Position numbers and translations under genes: made by a program. The notes beneath the pieces are model-generated. The model had not been told where the DNA came from, searched no databases, and saw only the letters and a program-made list of their open reading frames with translations. A stretch of DNA of 64,000 nt from the human T2T-CHM13v2.0 reference genome, Homo sapiens. The stretch is from the NCBI RefSeq assembly GCF_009914755.1, contig NC_060928.1, one strand, 5' to 3'. Positions 26,976 to 40,255 of this stretch are shown piece by piece (positions within the stretch are counted from its first letter, which is position 1; every line of letters starts with the position of its first letter).

Positions 26976-28420
26976 AAGAAAGAGGAGGAAGAGGAGGGAA
27001 TGGAACAAAAAATAATAATTTTAAAGAAATAATGGCCAAAAAAATTTCAAAATTTTATAAATAACATAAATAGAAGCCAACATATCAGCTAACCTTAAGC
27101 AGAATAAGTACAAAGAAAACAATGTCTAGCTATCATAGTCAAACTGTTGAAAATCAGACATTAAGAGAACACTTTGACAGAGGATAGTCACATGTATATA
27201 TGATTTAAATGATCACTGACTTCTAACTAGAAACAACAGGGACCAGAAGACAATGAGCCAACACTTTAAGGTAAGGAAAGAAAAAAAAGAGTCAACCCAG
27301 AATTCTACGTCCAAGGAAAATAGCCTTCATAAAATAAAAATGAAATGAAGATGTAAATTAAAACTCAGAATTTCTAGCAGAACTACACTACTCAACATGT
27401 AAAATAAAATTATTTATCCTGAAGAGAAATCTCCCAAGAGAGAAACTTAAATTTAGAGGAAAAAACAAATACTAATGGAAATAGTAAGTCTGTGGGTAAA
27501 TATAAGGATTATGTAGTTATTTTTACTTCTGTTAATATCTTTAAATACATATGACTGCTTAAAACAGTAATTATGATACTGTACTTCAGGATGTACAACA
27601 TGTATAGATGGGATGTAGATTAATATAATAGCCCAACAGATAGGCAAACAGAACTTTATTGTTGCAAAGTTTTTACATTTAACACAAAATAGTAAACGTT
27701 AATTCTAAATAGATGTGACAGGGTATGTATATTGCAATCTCTAGAGCAACCTTTAAAAAATGCAAAGAAACCATAGGTTAAAAAGTCAACAAAATAAAAG
27801 GAAATCAAAAAATATTTGACTAAGCCAAAAGACATCAGGAAAGAAGGAATAGAGGTTAAAACATATGAGATAAATACAAAACGAATAGGAAATTGATAGA
27901 CTTATATTTAAATAAGCATATCAATAATTGTATTAAATTTTCACAGACTACACATACCAATTGAAAGGCAGAGATTGCCAAACTGGGTAAAAGAGCAAAA
28001 TCCAACTATATGCAGTCTATAAGAGATGCTCTTTAAATATAAAGAAACCAATAAAGTAAAAGGATGAAAAATGATAGATCATGCATATAAGTTATACAAG
28101 CATAAAAAACTAAAATGAGGATATAAATAGCTGAAGAGATAGACTTCAAGACAAGAATTATTATCAGAAGTAAGGAAGAACCTTTCATAATTTAAAAGAA
28201 CCTACTCATCAAGACAACAAAACAGTCTTAAACATGTAAACAACTAATAACAATTAGAAAATATGGGAAACAAAAATGACTGAACTAAATCGGGAAAATG
28301 TAAATATCCACAGTCGTAGTTGTAGTTTTTAATATTTTCTGACAGTAACTCATAGAATAACTAGACAAAAAATAAGAAGGGATATAGAAGATCTGAACAC
28401 CACCATCAACCACACTGACT

Positions 28421-28786
28421 TGTTTTAGCCCATTTTGTGGTGATGTAACAGAACACCAGAATTCATAAAGAAAAGAAATTTATTTCTCACAGGTTTGGAG
28501 GCTGAAAAGTGCAATATCAAGCTGCTGGCCTCAGGTGAGGGCCTTTCTACTTCATCATCCCATGGAAGAAAATGAAAGGATCACAGAGGGAGAGAAAGCA
28601 AGAGAGCAAGAGAGGGCCAAACTCACCCTTACAATAACAAACCCATTCCCTCAAAAGTGATATTAATCATTATAATCATGCCCTCATGGCCTAATCACCT
28701 CTTAAAGATCCCACCTCTCAACACTATTGCATTGGGGACTGAGTTCCCAACACATGAACTTTGGGGGACAGGTTCAATCCACAGCA
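28421..28786 (-). mobile_element. MST (MSTC/D-like) solo LTR
   Basis: aaagaaaagaaatttatttctcacagg...cctaatcacctcttaaagatcccacctctcaacac...ccacagca. Confidence 0.8.
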
Positions 28787-28871
28787 GGACCCTGCCCTCC
28801 AAAAATACAGAGGTATTTTCAAGTGCACATAGAAAATTTATGGAGATAGACAACATGCTTCGCCATAAAAC

Positions 28872-29070
28872 AGCAGCTTCTAGAAGCTGGGAAAGGCAAG
28901 AAAAAGGATTCTTCCCTAGGACTCCTAGTATGAACACATCCCTGCCAAACTTTTAGCCCAATGAGACCCATTATCGACTTCCAACCACCAGAACTATAAA
29001 TAATAAATCTGAGTTGTTTTAATCTACTAAGGTTTGGTACTTTGTTTTAGCAATGATAAAAAACACATGC
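28872..29070 (+). mobile_element. MLT1D-like LTR 3' fragment
   Basis: tctagaagctgggaaaggcaagaaaaaggattcttcccta...ccagaactataaataataaat. Confidence 0.7.
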
Positions 29071-29720
29071 TTAACCTCTACAACTAATATCAAATATAAA
29101 AATAGAGTTCTCCTGGCTGTAGCAGGGAGTAGGGAGGCAACGTTTTCTCTCCAATCTCTGCAGTGGTTCTCTAAGAAACATGGCAAAAGCCTGGAAAGGT
29201 TTTGTGTGTATGGTACATCTAGGCTCATAGTACCATAATCAGCCTTCCAGAAAGATTCCCCAAGCATTGCAACAAGTAAGCAGAAACATATGAAATAAAA
29301 ATAGCCAACCTAACAAAAAAAATGAGTATCCTTTTGTACATCTGAGTTTTAAAATTGAAATTAAGTAGATATTTCCTGATTTCATACCATCAATATTTTC
29401 TTATCATAGAGTGGATACACACAGAAAAATTACTGTAGATAATTCCTTACAGGATAAATCAGTTTTTGAAATAAAATCACAATTTAAATGAATAAAAAAA
29501 ATTCCTTCACAAAATATGCCTAAATTGACTCTGGGATATAGACCACTAATTTTGCTTGAAGCAAGATGCAATCATGCTTCCAATGATAAATCATTTTCCA
29601 ATTCTAGTAACATCTTGATTGTTCTCTCTAGATATTCACAAATTCTGCACATCACACTAGCTGAGAAAAGCAGAAATGAATATATTACTTTAATGAGTAA
29701 TATATTTAATATTTAATGAG

Positions 29721-29965
29721 TGCCTTAGTCCATTTAGGCTGCTATAACAACATACCTTTGACTGGTAATTTATAATCAGAATTTATTGCTTACAGTTCTG
29801 GAGACTGGGAAGTCCAAGATCAAGGCACCAGCAGATGTGGTGTCCTGTATGGACCTGTTCCTTATAGATATCACCTTCTTTCTGCATCCTCACATGGCAG
29901 AAGAGGGAAAGTGCTAATAAGCTCCCTAAGGCCTTTTTTATAAGGCACTAATCCCATTACCTAAA
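29721..29965 (-). mobile_element. MLT1A-like LTR fragment
   Basis: cttagtccatttaggctgctataaca...acagttctggagactgggaagtccaagatcaagg. Confidence 0.75.
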
Positions 29966-30134
29966 TGGCTTCAATGTCATAACTGATCATCTTTTCTCAC
30001 TTTCTGTCTCTAAAATAATAGACCCTTATTATTTTCACAGGTGTCAACAATATCATTAAACATGCACTCTTTAAAATTTTAAACATAAGATTAAAATGTA
30101 ATTTAATGTCTAATACTTAAATAAAACAAATTAT

Positions 30135-30720
30135 GTTTTTATTTTTAAACACCTTTATTTGAGGTACAACATACATACCAAAATATTTAACAATTACAAG
30201 TGTACAATTCAATGAATTTTAGTAATGCCACAGAGCTATGCAACTATCCTCGCAATTTTAGAATATTTTCGTTTCTCCAAAAGGATCCTCATGTCTATTT
30301 TACTTGCCTTGGCATCGTTTTAGAAAATCCCTTGAATGTAAATGTAAGGATTTATTTCTGAATTCCTGATTATAGTTCATTGATATGTCTACCTTTAGAC
30401 AAATGCCACATTTTAATTACAATAGCTCTGGTTTTAATTACAATAGCTTTGTAGTAAGCTTTGAAATCAGTGTGAGGTCTCCAACTTTGTTCTTCATTTC
30501 AAGACTGTTTTGGCTATTTTGTGTCCCTTTGCAATTCCATGTGAATTTTAGGATCAGCTTGTCAATTTTTGCAAAAAAAAAAAAAAAAAAAGCAGCTGAG
30601 ATTTTTGACTCGGATTCTATTGAACTTGTAGATCAATACATCAATTTGGGAGTATCATCATCTTAATATTAAGTCTTCCAATTCATGAACTACAAATAAT
30701 TGTTAATTTGTTTAAATCTT
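30135..30720 (-). mobile_element. L1MB-like fragments (3'UTR joined to an ORF2 piece)
   Basis: tttattgaggtacaacatacatac...; ccaactttgttcttcatttcaagactgttttggctatt. Confidence 0.7.
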
Positions 30721-30874
30721 ACTCCAAATTCCAATTCTAAAAATTTCTGTTCCCCTCCCCCACTGCCCCCAGTTGTGTCCTTAAGAGTATTTCTTGATAG
30801 ACACAAGAAACTAGTACTGGTTGTTGCTGCTAGGAAAACACCTAGGTGGCTTTGAGACAGGAAGGGAAGAGGAC

Positions 30875-33229
30875 TAACGTAGTTTGAATTTGCGTCCCCA
30901 CCCAAACCTCATGTTGAATTATAATCCTCAGTGGAGGAGGGGCCTGGTGGGAGGTGACTGAATTATGGAGGTGGACTTCCCCCTTGCTGTTCTCATAATA
31001 TTGAGTTCTCATGAAATCTCACTTAAAAGTTTGAAAGTGTGTGGCACATCCCTTTCCTCCTCCTGCTCTAGCCATGTAACATGTTCCTCCTTCCTCTTTG
31101 CCTTCTGCCATAATTATAAGTTTCCTGATGCCTCCCCATCCAGGCTTCCTATAAAGCCTACAGAACCATGAGCCAATTAAATCACTTTTCTTTATAAATT
31201 ACTCAGTTTCAGGTTTTTCTTCACTGCAGTGTGACAATGGATTAACAAAGAAAATTGGTACCAGGAGTAAGGTGTCACTATAAAGATACCTGAAAACGTG
31301 GAAACAGCTTTGGAACTGGGTAATAGGCGGAGGTTGGAACAGTTTGGAGGGCTCCGAAAAAGATAGAAAGATGAAGGAAGTTTCTAGAGACTTTTTGAAT
31401 GGTTGTGACTGAAATGCTGATAGTGATATGGATAGTGAAGTCCAGGCTGATGTGGTCTCCGAGATGAGGAACTTGTTGGGAGCTAGAGTAAAAGTCACTC
31501 TTGTTATGCTTTAGCAAAGAGACTGGCAGCAGTGTGCCTCTGCTCCAGGGACCTGTCAAACTTTGAATTTGAGAGTGATGATTTAGGGTATCTGACAGAA
31601 GAAATTTCTAAGCAGCAAAGTGTTCAAGATTTGGCCTGGCCGTTTCTAACAGCATATGGTCATATGCATGTGAAGAGAGATGATCTGAATCTGGAACTTA
31701 TATTTAAAAGGGAAGCAGAGCATAAAAGTTTAGAAAATTGCAGCCTCTTCTTTAGGTGGAAGAGAAAAACCCATTTTCTGGAGAGGAATTCAAACCAGTG
31801 GCAGAAATTTGCATAAGTAAAGAGGAGTGCAATGTTAATAGCCAAGACAATGGGGAAAATGCCTCAAAGGCATTTCAGAGAACTTCACAGCAGCCCCTCC
31901 CATTCACAGGCCTGGAGGCATAGGAGGAAAGAATGGTTTCATGGGCCAGGCCCAGGTCCCTGCTCCCCTGTGCAACCTCGGGACACTGATCTCTGCGTCC
32001 TAGACATGCCAGCTCCAGCTGTGGCTAAAAGGGCCCCAGATATGTCTCAGGCTGCTGCTTCAGAGGGTGTAAGCCATAAACATTGGTGGCTTCAATGTGG
32101 TATTAAGCTTGTGTGTGCCCAGAGGGCAAGAGTTGAGGCTTGGGAGCCTCTGCCTAAATTTCAGAAGATATATGGAAATGCCTGGATGTCCAGGCAGAAG
32201 TCTGCTGCAGGGGCAGAGTGCTCATGGAGAACCTCTACTAAGGCAGCATGGAGGGGTAATGTGGCATTGGAACCCCCACACAGAGTCCCCAGTGGAGCAC
32301 TGCCTAGTGGAGCTGTGAGCAGAAGGTCACTGTTCTCCAGACCCCAGAATGGTAGATCCCCTGACAGCTTGCATTGTGCACCTGGAAAAGCCACAGGCAC
32401 TCAGTACCAGTTGTGAAAGCAGCTGTAGGGGCTGTGCTCTGCAGAGCCACAGGGGTGTAGCTGTCCAAGGTTTTGGGAGACCACCTCTTGCATCAGTGTG
32501 GTCTGGATGTGAGACATGAAGTCAAAGGAAATTATTTTGGACCTTTAAGATTTAATGACTGCCTTGCCAGGTTTTGGACTTGCATGGGGCCTGTAGCCCT
32601 TTCATTTTGGCTGATTTCTCCCTTTTGGGACAGGAGTATTTAGCCAATGCCTGTACTCTCATTGTATCTTGGAAGTAACTAACTTGTTTTCGATTTTATA
32701 GGTTCATATGGAGAAGAGACTTGCCTTGTCTCAGATGAGACTTTGGACTGTGAACTTTTGAGTTAATGCTGGAATGAGTTAAGACTTAGGGGATCACTGG
32801 GAAAGGTTGATTGTATTTTGCTGTGTGAGAAGGACATGAGATTTGATAGGGGCCAGGGGCAGAATGATATGGTTTGAATCTGTGTAACTACCCAAATCTC
32901 ATGTCAAATTGTAATCCTCAGTGTTGGAGGAGGGGGCTGGTGGGAGGTTACTGGATCATGGGGGTGGACTTCCCCCTTGCTGTTCTTGTCATAGTGAGTT
33001 CTCATGAGATCTGGTTGTTTAAAAGTGTGAAATGTGTGGCACCTCCCCCGTGCTCTTCCTCCTGTTTCAGCCATGTAAGAGATGCCTCCTTCCTCTTCTG
33101 CCATAATTGTAAGTTTCCTGAGGCCTCCCCAGACATGTTTCCAGTACAGCCTGTGGGACCATGAGCCAATTAAACCTCTTTTCTTTATAAAATGCCCAGT
33201 TTCAGGTATTTCTTGAATGGACTAATATA
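30875..33229 (+). mobile_element. Complete MaLR provirus (MSTA LTR, MST-int, MSTA LTR)
   Basis: 5'LTR 30875-31249; internal region starts gaaaattggtaccagg; PPT ggggccaggggcagaa at 32849-32864; 3'LTR 32865-33229; perfect 5-bp TSD aggac (30870-30874, 33230-33234). Confidence 0.92.
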
Positions 33230-33438
33230 AGGACTTATATTTTACTTTCTACCCTTTTGCACTTTTTGGATTTTACACACTGCACATGTATAAGTTATTT
33301 AAAAATTAAATTTACTAAACTGTGCTCCCAGTTTTTTGAGGTGCAATAAGATGCACAGACATGAATGTGTTAGATGGGTCATATTTGTGTAATTAATTCC
33401 TGTTCTGCTCTTAGACTTCTCTGAACATTGCCTCACGT

Positions 33439-34236
33439 TGTTAGTGAAAGTTCCCAGTTCTTGTCAACTTGGGAGAAAGATTTCAGGCAAGAGAAGATTT
33501 AAAGATAAGAGAAAGCTTTATTGAAAGGAAATAGGGAGAAAGAGCTTGTTGTAGGACAAAGTAAGTATTCTCCCAGACAAGAGTGGGCTGATCCTGCAGG
33601 AAAACATCTTCGAGGGTCCTGTTCTGTGAGTTTTAACATGTAGAGCTCCCTTTCAAGTTCCCACTTCTGTCTTAAGTAAGTCTCCACCTTTTTCCTTTGT
33701 CTACTTTTCCTGCTTCTGCTTTAAGTCTCCACTTTTTTTCCTGCCTATGCTGGTGGGATTCTTCAATATGTTTGTTAATACCCATGCACAAGTTGGTGAT
33801 CAATATGAATCTTGCTTAATGGCATCCCTGCTCATTACTGCCACTCCAGGAAGGTTGTATGGCAGTCAAATATCTATCTATTGCACCTGAATATCTCTTA
33901 GGAATGTCCTCCCTTGCTCTCCTGTGTACTTGTGGCACCAGTGTACCTCTTAGGAATGTCCCCTTTTGCCCTCTTTCTGTCCTTATCAGCATGTACCTAC
34001 TGACATTGTGACATTTTCACTGCAGAGTGAATGATTACTGGGGCATCTTAAAAGGAATTCCAGGGCATTTCTTTCTGCCTAGGTACTTCCTCTCCTTCTT
34101 GCCCACCCCCTCCAGCATTAGAGATTCTATTGCTATGAAAATTTTGGGTGGTCCCTTGGGTCTGAGACTCTCCAGACCTTTCCTTTCTCAAGTGGTCCCC
34201 CTCCTGCTCATGTCTGGCTATCTGCATACTCTAACA
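33439..34236 (-). mobile_element. ERV1-class solo LTR (MER4-group, MER50/MER83-like start)
   Basis: TG...CA termini; minus strand starts tgttagagtatgcagatagccagacatgagcaggag; 4-bp TSD acgt/acat. Confidence 0.75.
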
Positions 34237-34878
34237 ACATCAGGCTATCTCATATCTATTTCTTACCACCTCTCCAGTTTCTCTTCTTAATCCTCATGCA
34301 CAATTTTATCTGTTTTTGGCTCTCATTCTTCTCGATATTTTAGTTAGCTATTGATCAGTTTGCTTTCTTCTGGCTTAAACCAGGTACTTATAAGCAAGTA
34401 TAGACTGTTCTCTCTTCCCTTTTCCATTCCTGGCTACCTTCTACTTCCTGCCTCACCCTAATATAATCTATAGTACCACAATTTTATCTCACTTTTGTAG
34501 GGTAAGATAAATTTTTTTATCTACTTTTGTAGGTATTTTACTTTTATCTTACTTTTGTACTATTTCTTACCCTAGAAAGGCTGTATTTCAGACACTTTCT
34601 TCCTCTCTTTGAACCATTAACTTAGATTTCCTAATTTCTTACCTGTATGTCTTGAATCTTGTACTTATTTTTGCTAATATATATTTTTAAGTAGGTAGTC
34701 ATAAAATATACTCTCTGTAACATGGATTTTATTTCAAAACTTGTAAGTATTAAAATATAAAATAAAATAACCCATGTATTAAATCAATATTTATTAACAA
34801 AATGATTGTGAGTTAAGATACAGTACCTATGAGAATAAAACATGCAAAAATGCTTATTTTCAATTATAAAGATAATTT

Positions 34879-35007
34879 TTAAAAACTTCAATAGATTTAG
34901 AGGTACAAGTGGCTTTTAGTTTCATGGATGGATTTGATAGTGGTGAAGTCTAGGCTTTTAGTGTACCCATCGCCTGAATAGTGTACATTGTATCCAAATA
35001 TGTAATT
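34879..35007 (-). mobile_element. Short L1PB 3' terminal insertion
   Basis: 18-bp TSD caattataaagataattt (34861-34878) / caactataaagataattt (35008-35025). Confidence 0.85.
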
Positions 35008-35244
35008 CAACTATAAAGATAATTTAAACAGAGTATTTCAAGCAACATACCAAAGATATTTAAACAAATATTTAAAGAAGTACTGTGACTTTATTCTTTT
35101 TAATAAAATTATTATTTTTATTACAATGTAATTTATATTTGCTGTGAACAAATCCTATCATTACAAAGCATATAAAAGTTAGTCCACTTGTTATCTCAAT
35201 CTCTACAGGTCACTTTACATTTTTTTCATACAGATGTATTAAAA

Positions 35245-36320
35245 TATATTAGTTAGAAGATGCTTCCTGCTGTAATTGAATATATGACTAATGGTGACTT
35301 AATGATTTAAAACCTTTTCTTATGTCACATAATCAAGAAGCCTGAAGATCAGTGATCCCAGGGTTGGTGGGATGGCTGAGGGCTGTAGGACCCAGCCCCC
35401 TTCCCCCTGCTACTTCTTACCTGTTGGCTGTTTTCCCAGGAAGTTTCTTGTCTTGTGGTTATAAGATGGCTGCCACAGCCCCAAGTGCCACATCTTTGTA
35501 CAAGGGCATTGCAGGTAGTAGGAAATGACTAAATGAAGAAAAGACACTTCCTTTCATCAAGGAGAAAAATAATTCCACAATCTTCTCTACCCCTCGGTCA
35601 GACCTGACTCCTTTGGCAAATTTGTGCCAAGAAGGCTGAGAAAGTGAATATGTGGCATATTGGAATGATGATGGAAATGACATGAATATAGTTGGCCAAT
35701 TACGATCTTTTTCAGAGTTCTAGGAAAATTGTTTCTGCAAAATAATTGTGATTCTTTTTTATTATGAAACAAGAGGAGAAGGGATATTGAGTAGGCTGCT
35801 AGTAGCAGCTGCTGCACACATTGTATCAGTGTGTGTGTGTATAAAGACTTAGGTTTGCCTTTAAGTAATTCAGACCCACAATAGCACTCATTTAAACAGA
35901 AAGATTGGCCTCTCCCCTGTAAAAGTTCAGAGCAGATAGGACAAAGAATCAGTTTCCTTCTAGATTTCCCCTTTGCCACCTAGAGAATGGGCTTTTTCTC
36001 CTTGGTTCGAAATGGTGATCAGCACATGTAAATTCCAAATGGTGGGACGAGAAAGGGACAAGGTCAAAAAGGGTCAAAAGGGCCTGCACTGGCTGTCGTT
36101 TAAGTAAGGTTCCTTGAAGCTGCTCTGAAACATTCTGCTTCTGTTCCATTGTCTGATACTTAGTCATGTGGCCATGCCCAGCTGTGAGGGAGCTTGAGAA
36201 ATGCTCCTTTTATGACCAATGGCTACGTGTTTAGGTAAAAATTAGTGCCTGTGAGAATAGGAGCCCTAAAGAATGAAAGTAAAATGGATTCCAGAGGATT
36301 GTTAGTAGTCTCTGCCATTT
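35245..36320 (-). mobile_element. Two adjacent old MLT1 (J/K-like) LTRs (~35245-35820 and ~35830-36320)
   Basis: aagatggctgccacagcccc; cttagtcatgtggccatgcccagctgtgagggag; gttagtagtctctgcca. Confidence 0.65.
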
Positions 36321-37767
36321 ACGGGCATAAAGGATATTCAATGTTGTCATTATTGTAAAAAGAGCATGATTTTGAAAGTATTTATTTGTATCTTCTTTTT
36401 ATTTAAAGGAATATTTTTAGGTTAAGGCATGTGCAAGTTGTGGGGAGCCACACCTTTCAGTTGTTTAATTTATCCCTACATTTTTTCCAATCTAGTATTT
36501 TGATCAGGACCAAAGCAAACATTACTGAATGACACTGAATTTTCCTATTGTAGACATTTTGAAAAACATTTTTGATAGTTGTCTTTTTGGGCATGACTTG
36601 AAATCATAAACATTTCCAAAAAGATGTGAAGAAAAGAACTGAAAGATTTCTCCAGGGTCTTAGTCAACACTATTCAGGTCTTTTATTCTATGAAAGCTGT
36701 GTATGAAATCCTGTCACCACAGGGTAAACCATTAAATAGACGGTTCTTTTTCTTTTTTGAGCTTTTCTTTTTGTATTTTTTCTGAATGTTTACCAGATAC
36801 TAGATATTAGGATTTTATTGAACAGATTTGCGTGTGAAAAGAAAAGCCATAGTAATCTCTTTCATGTGTACTTTTTGAAATTGCTTCTGCACAGATTAAA
36901 TCTTATATCCAAGCTTAGAAGTAAAAAGCAAGCTAGTCATATAATTGTTCTTCATCTGGCCTGGTTATAGCCTGCTGCAGGAAGCTCATTCAAATATGGG
37001 CGCTTCAATATTTCTAGCACAAAATAAAAATCTATCTTTTTTGTTCACCTAAATAATACCATGTCAGTGTATCTTTATTAGCTCTGACTTTGTGAAATGA
37101 AGTTTCAAAGTCTACTAAGTATTCTCTAATTCAAATAATTGCTCTAACAGAAGGAAACAAGATAACTGTTTCCCTACTCAAATATCATATAGTCTGTTTT
37201 CAATCTGTCTTTCATTGCTGCATTGGTGGAATGCCTGCATTTAAGAGAGAACTTCTGTTTGCCAGTCATTCCTCACAGTGGTGCTGGTGACCAGCTGTCT
37301 GAGAATCTACTATTAAGGGTTGCATTCTGCATGCCACATGATGTCTTCTTCCTAATACCGTTTAGCTCTACAATATTCTTTATGAAGTCCCTTAATCACT
37401 CCATTATTCCATGTTGCTAAGCGGTCAAGCAACTGCTAGCTACTGAAAGGAGAATTTGCTTCACATATTTTGTACCACATTTAAGTAGGCTTAGATTTTT
37501 GTAATGTCACAGATGGTGTAGCACAAATAAGAAGGTTACAGGGACTGTGGTAATATTTGGACTCTGCTTACAACTGGGATTTTTGGAGCTCTTCTCTGTG
37601 GCATTGTTTGATTTTGTTTATTTTTTATTGAAGTTCTGCTACTGTATTAGAATATTAGTCATTTATGTTTTATTATATACAGAACATTGTTCTGGGTGCT
37701 TTGACAGATATAATACAGCAATAAGAGGATTTTTGCCCATTTATCCATCTAAACTCTTAAAGTAATT

Positions 37768-38240
37768 GTATGGGGATATAGTAGACATTTCCCCTTTTTA
37801 CCTCACCCTAACCCCAATATTTGAAGCTTCTTGTAACTTGGGAGACTGCATCTACCTCTCACTAGAGAACCTCCCTTCTTAGCCTTCCTTGTGTCTGTGT
37901 AGGCATGACCCTTGACTTAGCTCTGAAAAGCAGGTATATATCCTCAGATAAAGGAGGAACCACTCAAAATGCGTTCTGGTGAAGCAAGGTGGTGGCCACT
38001 TCTGAATTCACTTTCCAGAAGCAACAGGCAACAGTAGTAAGGGGTGTAGCAGGAGCACCCAGTGGCTGGCATTGCAGCATTGGAGGTTTTAAGGTGTCTG
38101 TATCCACAGGTGGTCATCATGTTGTTTTCATAAGACCAGTTTTGTGATACAAATTTGGGCATTTCCCTGGTGGGGAAGTCTCTATGACTAATTGCTGGGC
38201 TCATCTGGAGATTCTGTGAGTTACTAAAAATATTTAATAG
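37768..38240 (+). mobile_element. LTR33-like ERVL LTR
   Basis: ttcttagccttccttgtgtctgtgtaggcatgacc...ctggagattctgtgagttact...tttaata. Confidence 0.45.
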
Positions 38241-38439
38241 AGTGAGAATTTTTACTGCTTGTAACTAAGCATACTGATTGATACAAGAGGCTAGAAGCTA
38301 TTATACCATTAACAAGTAACAAGGACAGGTAAAATAAAAACTTGGGGGTAGACATATTAACGTGATCTGATGGAGATAGATAAGGGCTCAAAAGATAGGA
38401 AAGATTCACACAAGATGTAGATGTGGAGCTCTGCAGCCT

Positions 38440-39640
38440 TAATTAATTCAACAAATACTGTGAGCTGCTAATGGATAACAGAAATGGTATTACATGCTTA
38501 AGATAAAACAATGAGCAAGAATGACACAGTCCTGCTTTCATGAAGCTTACAGTACAACGGGGAAGAAATGAATCAAGTTATTATAACAGTTCTGTCAATG
38601 TAGAAGAAATGAATTAAGTTATTATAACAGTTCCGTCAATCACTCTGTTGGGAGAAGTAAGAGGATATAATGTAAACCTTTATCAAGGGCACTTGTATCT
38701 AGAATACTCAGGTGAGACTTCCTTCCCAGAGAGACTTTAAGAAACATTGACTATGCATGGATCATGCCTGTAATCCCAGCAAATTGAGAGGCTGAGGCAG
38801 GAGGATCACTTGGACCCAGCAGTTTAAGACCAGCTTGGGTAACATAGTGAGATCCCATCTGTTAAACAAACAAACAAAAAAAAGAAACATTAAATTAAAT
38901 TAAAGGGAATTGAAGGAAGACAGTCTGGGCAAAGAATGTCCCGGGAAAGGCATCAGCGTTTGAAAAACACTTTGCAGTGAGAAAGAAAATGGCACATTTG
39001 AAAACTGAAACATTTTCTATGTGCTTAAAATATAGAATGTGGAAATGGGGAGTGGCTAGGATGATCTGGAGAAGAGAACCAAATATATTTTCTTCTGTAT
39101 TTAGTTGGTGATTAGTGAGAGTTTATTGAGTTAGTGTTTATGAAAGATAATGCCAATACTGCAAATAATACGCAACGTTATGGTGATAGTATTATTTTTT
39201 ATAAATAAAGATTGCTCTGCTGGTCCTTAAATACCCATTATTAAGTCTTAATATCCTGTGTAATCTTGAAATACAACTTGGTATGGGTTTATGATAATCT
39301 GAAGAAGACGAATCATTCCAAACAACTCTAATTGAGTCAAACTAGTACAGTGCTCTGTAATTACAGGATTTTTAATTCATGCTTTTAGAACTGATGGGAG
39401 ACTGTAACAAAATTCGGGAAATGTTGGTTTTCTTACTTTGTAATGGTTGAGTATCTCTACCTTGTTGTGTGATAGTATACTGAATGGGAATAGGAATAGT
39501 AGCAGTGTTCAAATGGATAAAGAGAGATAGACATATTTAAGGTATATTTAGGATATTTGGTATATATTAGGATATCCATTGACTAAAAGGATAAGTGAAA
39601 TGAAGAAAGCGATGCAGTCAAGATGTCGATCCTTATATGA
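38440..39640 (-). mobile_element. L2 fragments
   Basis: attcaacaaatactgtgagctgcta...acagtcctgctttcatgaagcttacagt. Confidence 0.65.
38749..38881 (+). mobile_element. Alu left monomer (FLAM_C-like)
   Basis: gcctgtaatcccagca...gaccagcttgggtaacatagtgagatccc; 10-bp TSD aagaaacatt (38739-38748, 38882-38891). Confidence 0.85.
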
Positions 39641-40059
39641 AAGTCACAGACTTGTGCTTCCTAAGTGGTCTTTCTGTCTACCTGTGATTATTTAGTTGAT
39701 ATTAAATAAATCACATAAAATTTACATTTATTCATCTTGTCATCTAATTTTGAAAGTGCAAATACCTTTAAAAAACATAATAGTAATGTACCTAAATCTA
39801 CTCCTCTTCTCCTTTGACTAGCAAGACTTTAGGTGGAAGATCCAGGATGTATCTATTTCACTCTAGTGGCTGAGGCAAAATTTGACATTTGCTTTAGATA
39901 ATGATGAATTTGAATGACACTTAGGCATATATTCAAAGAGTTGTATGTGATTTATTACATATAATTAATTATATAATTATAACTATAATAATTATGTAAT
40001 AATTATGTTAAGTAAAATTATGCATATAATTATAACAAATAATAATTTTCCTTGATATA

Positions 40060-40255
40060 GCAGTTTGTATTTATTTTCAAACACATTTTCATTATTCTAT
40101 TTTATATTCACCAAAACTCTGTGAAAGGCAAAATTATCCCTATTTTACATATCAGCACACACTAGCTTATAAAAATTTAATAGCTGTAAGTTTATCCAGA
40201 CTGCAGGTAGCAGAACATGAACAGAAGCTTGGATTTTCAGCTCCTTGTTCAGAGA
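40060..40255 (-). mobile_element. MIR
   Basis: caaaactctgtgaaaggcaaaattatccctattttacata antisense MIR core. Confidence 0.6.

Larger units (their letters stand above)
26100..28870 (+). mobile_element. Old L1M: ORF1, inter-ORF and ORF2 endonuclease remnants, interrupted by two MaLR LTRs
   Basis: tcaacccagaattctacgtcc (ORF1 end); aaaggcagagattgccaaactggg and gatatagaagatctgaacaccacc (EN). Confidence 0.75.

Noticed and set aside
39090-39430. Possible hAT-Blackjack-like DNA transposon remnant inside the L2
   Set aside because: Only a vague terminal similarity (aaaattcgggaaatgttgg); cannot be supported without a Dfam search
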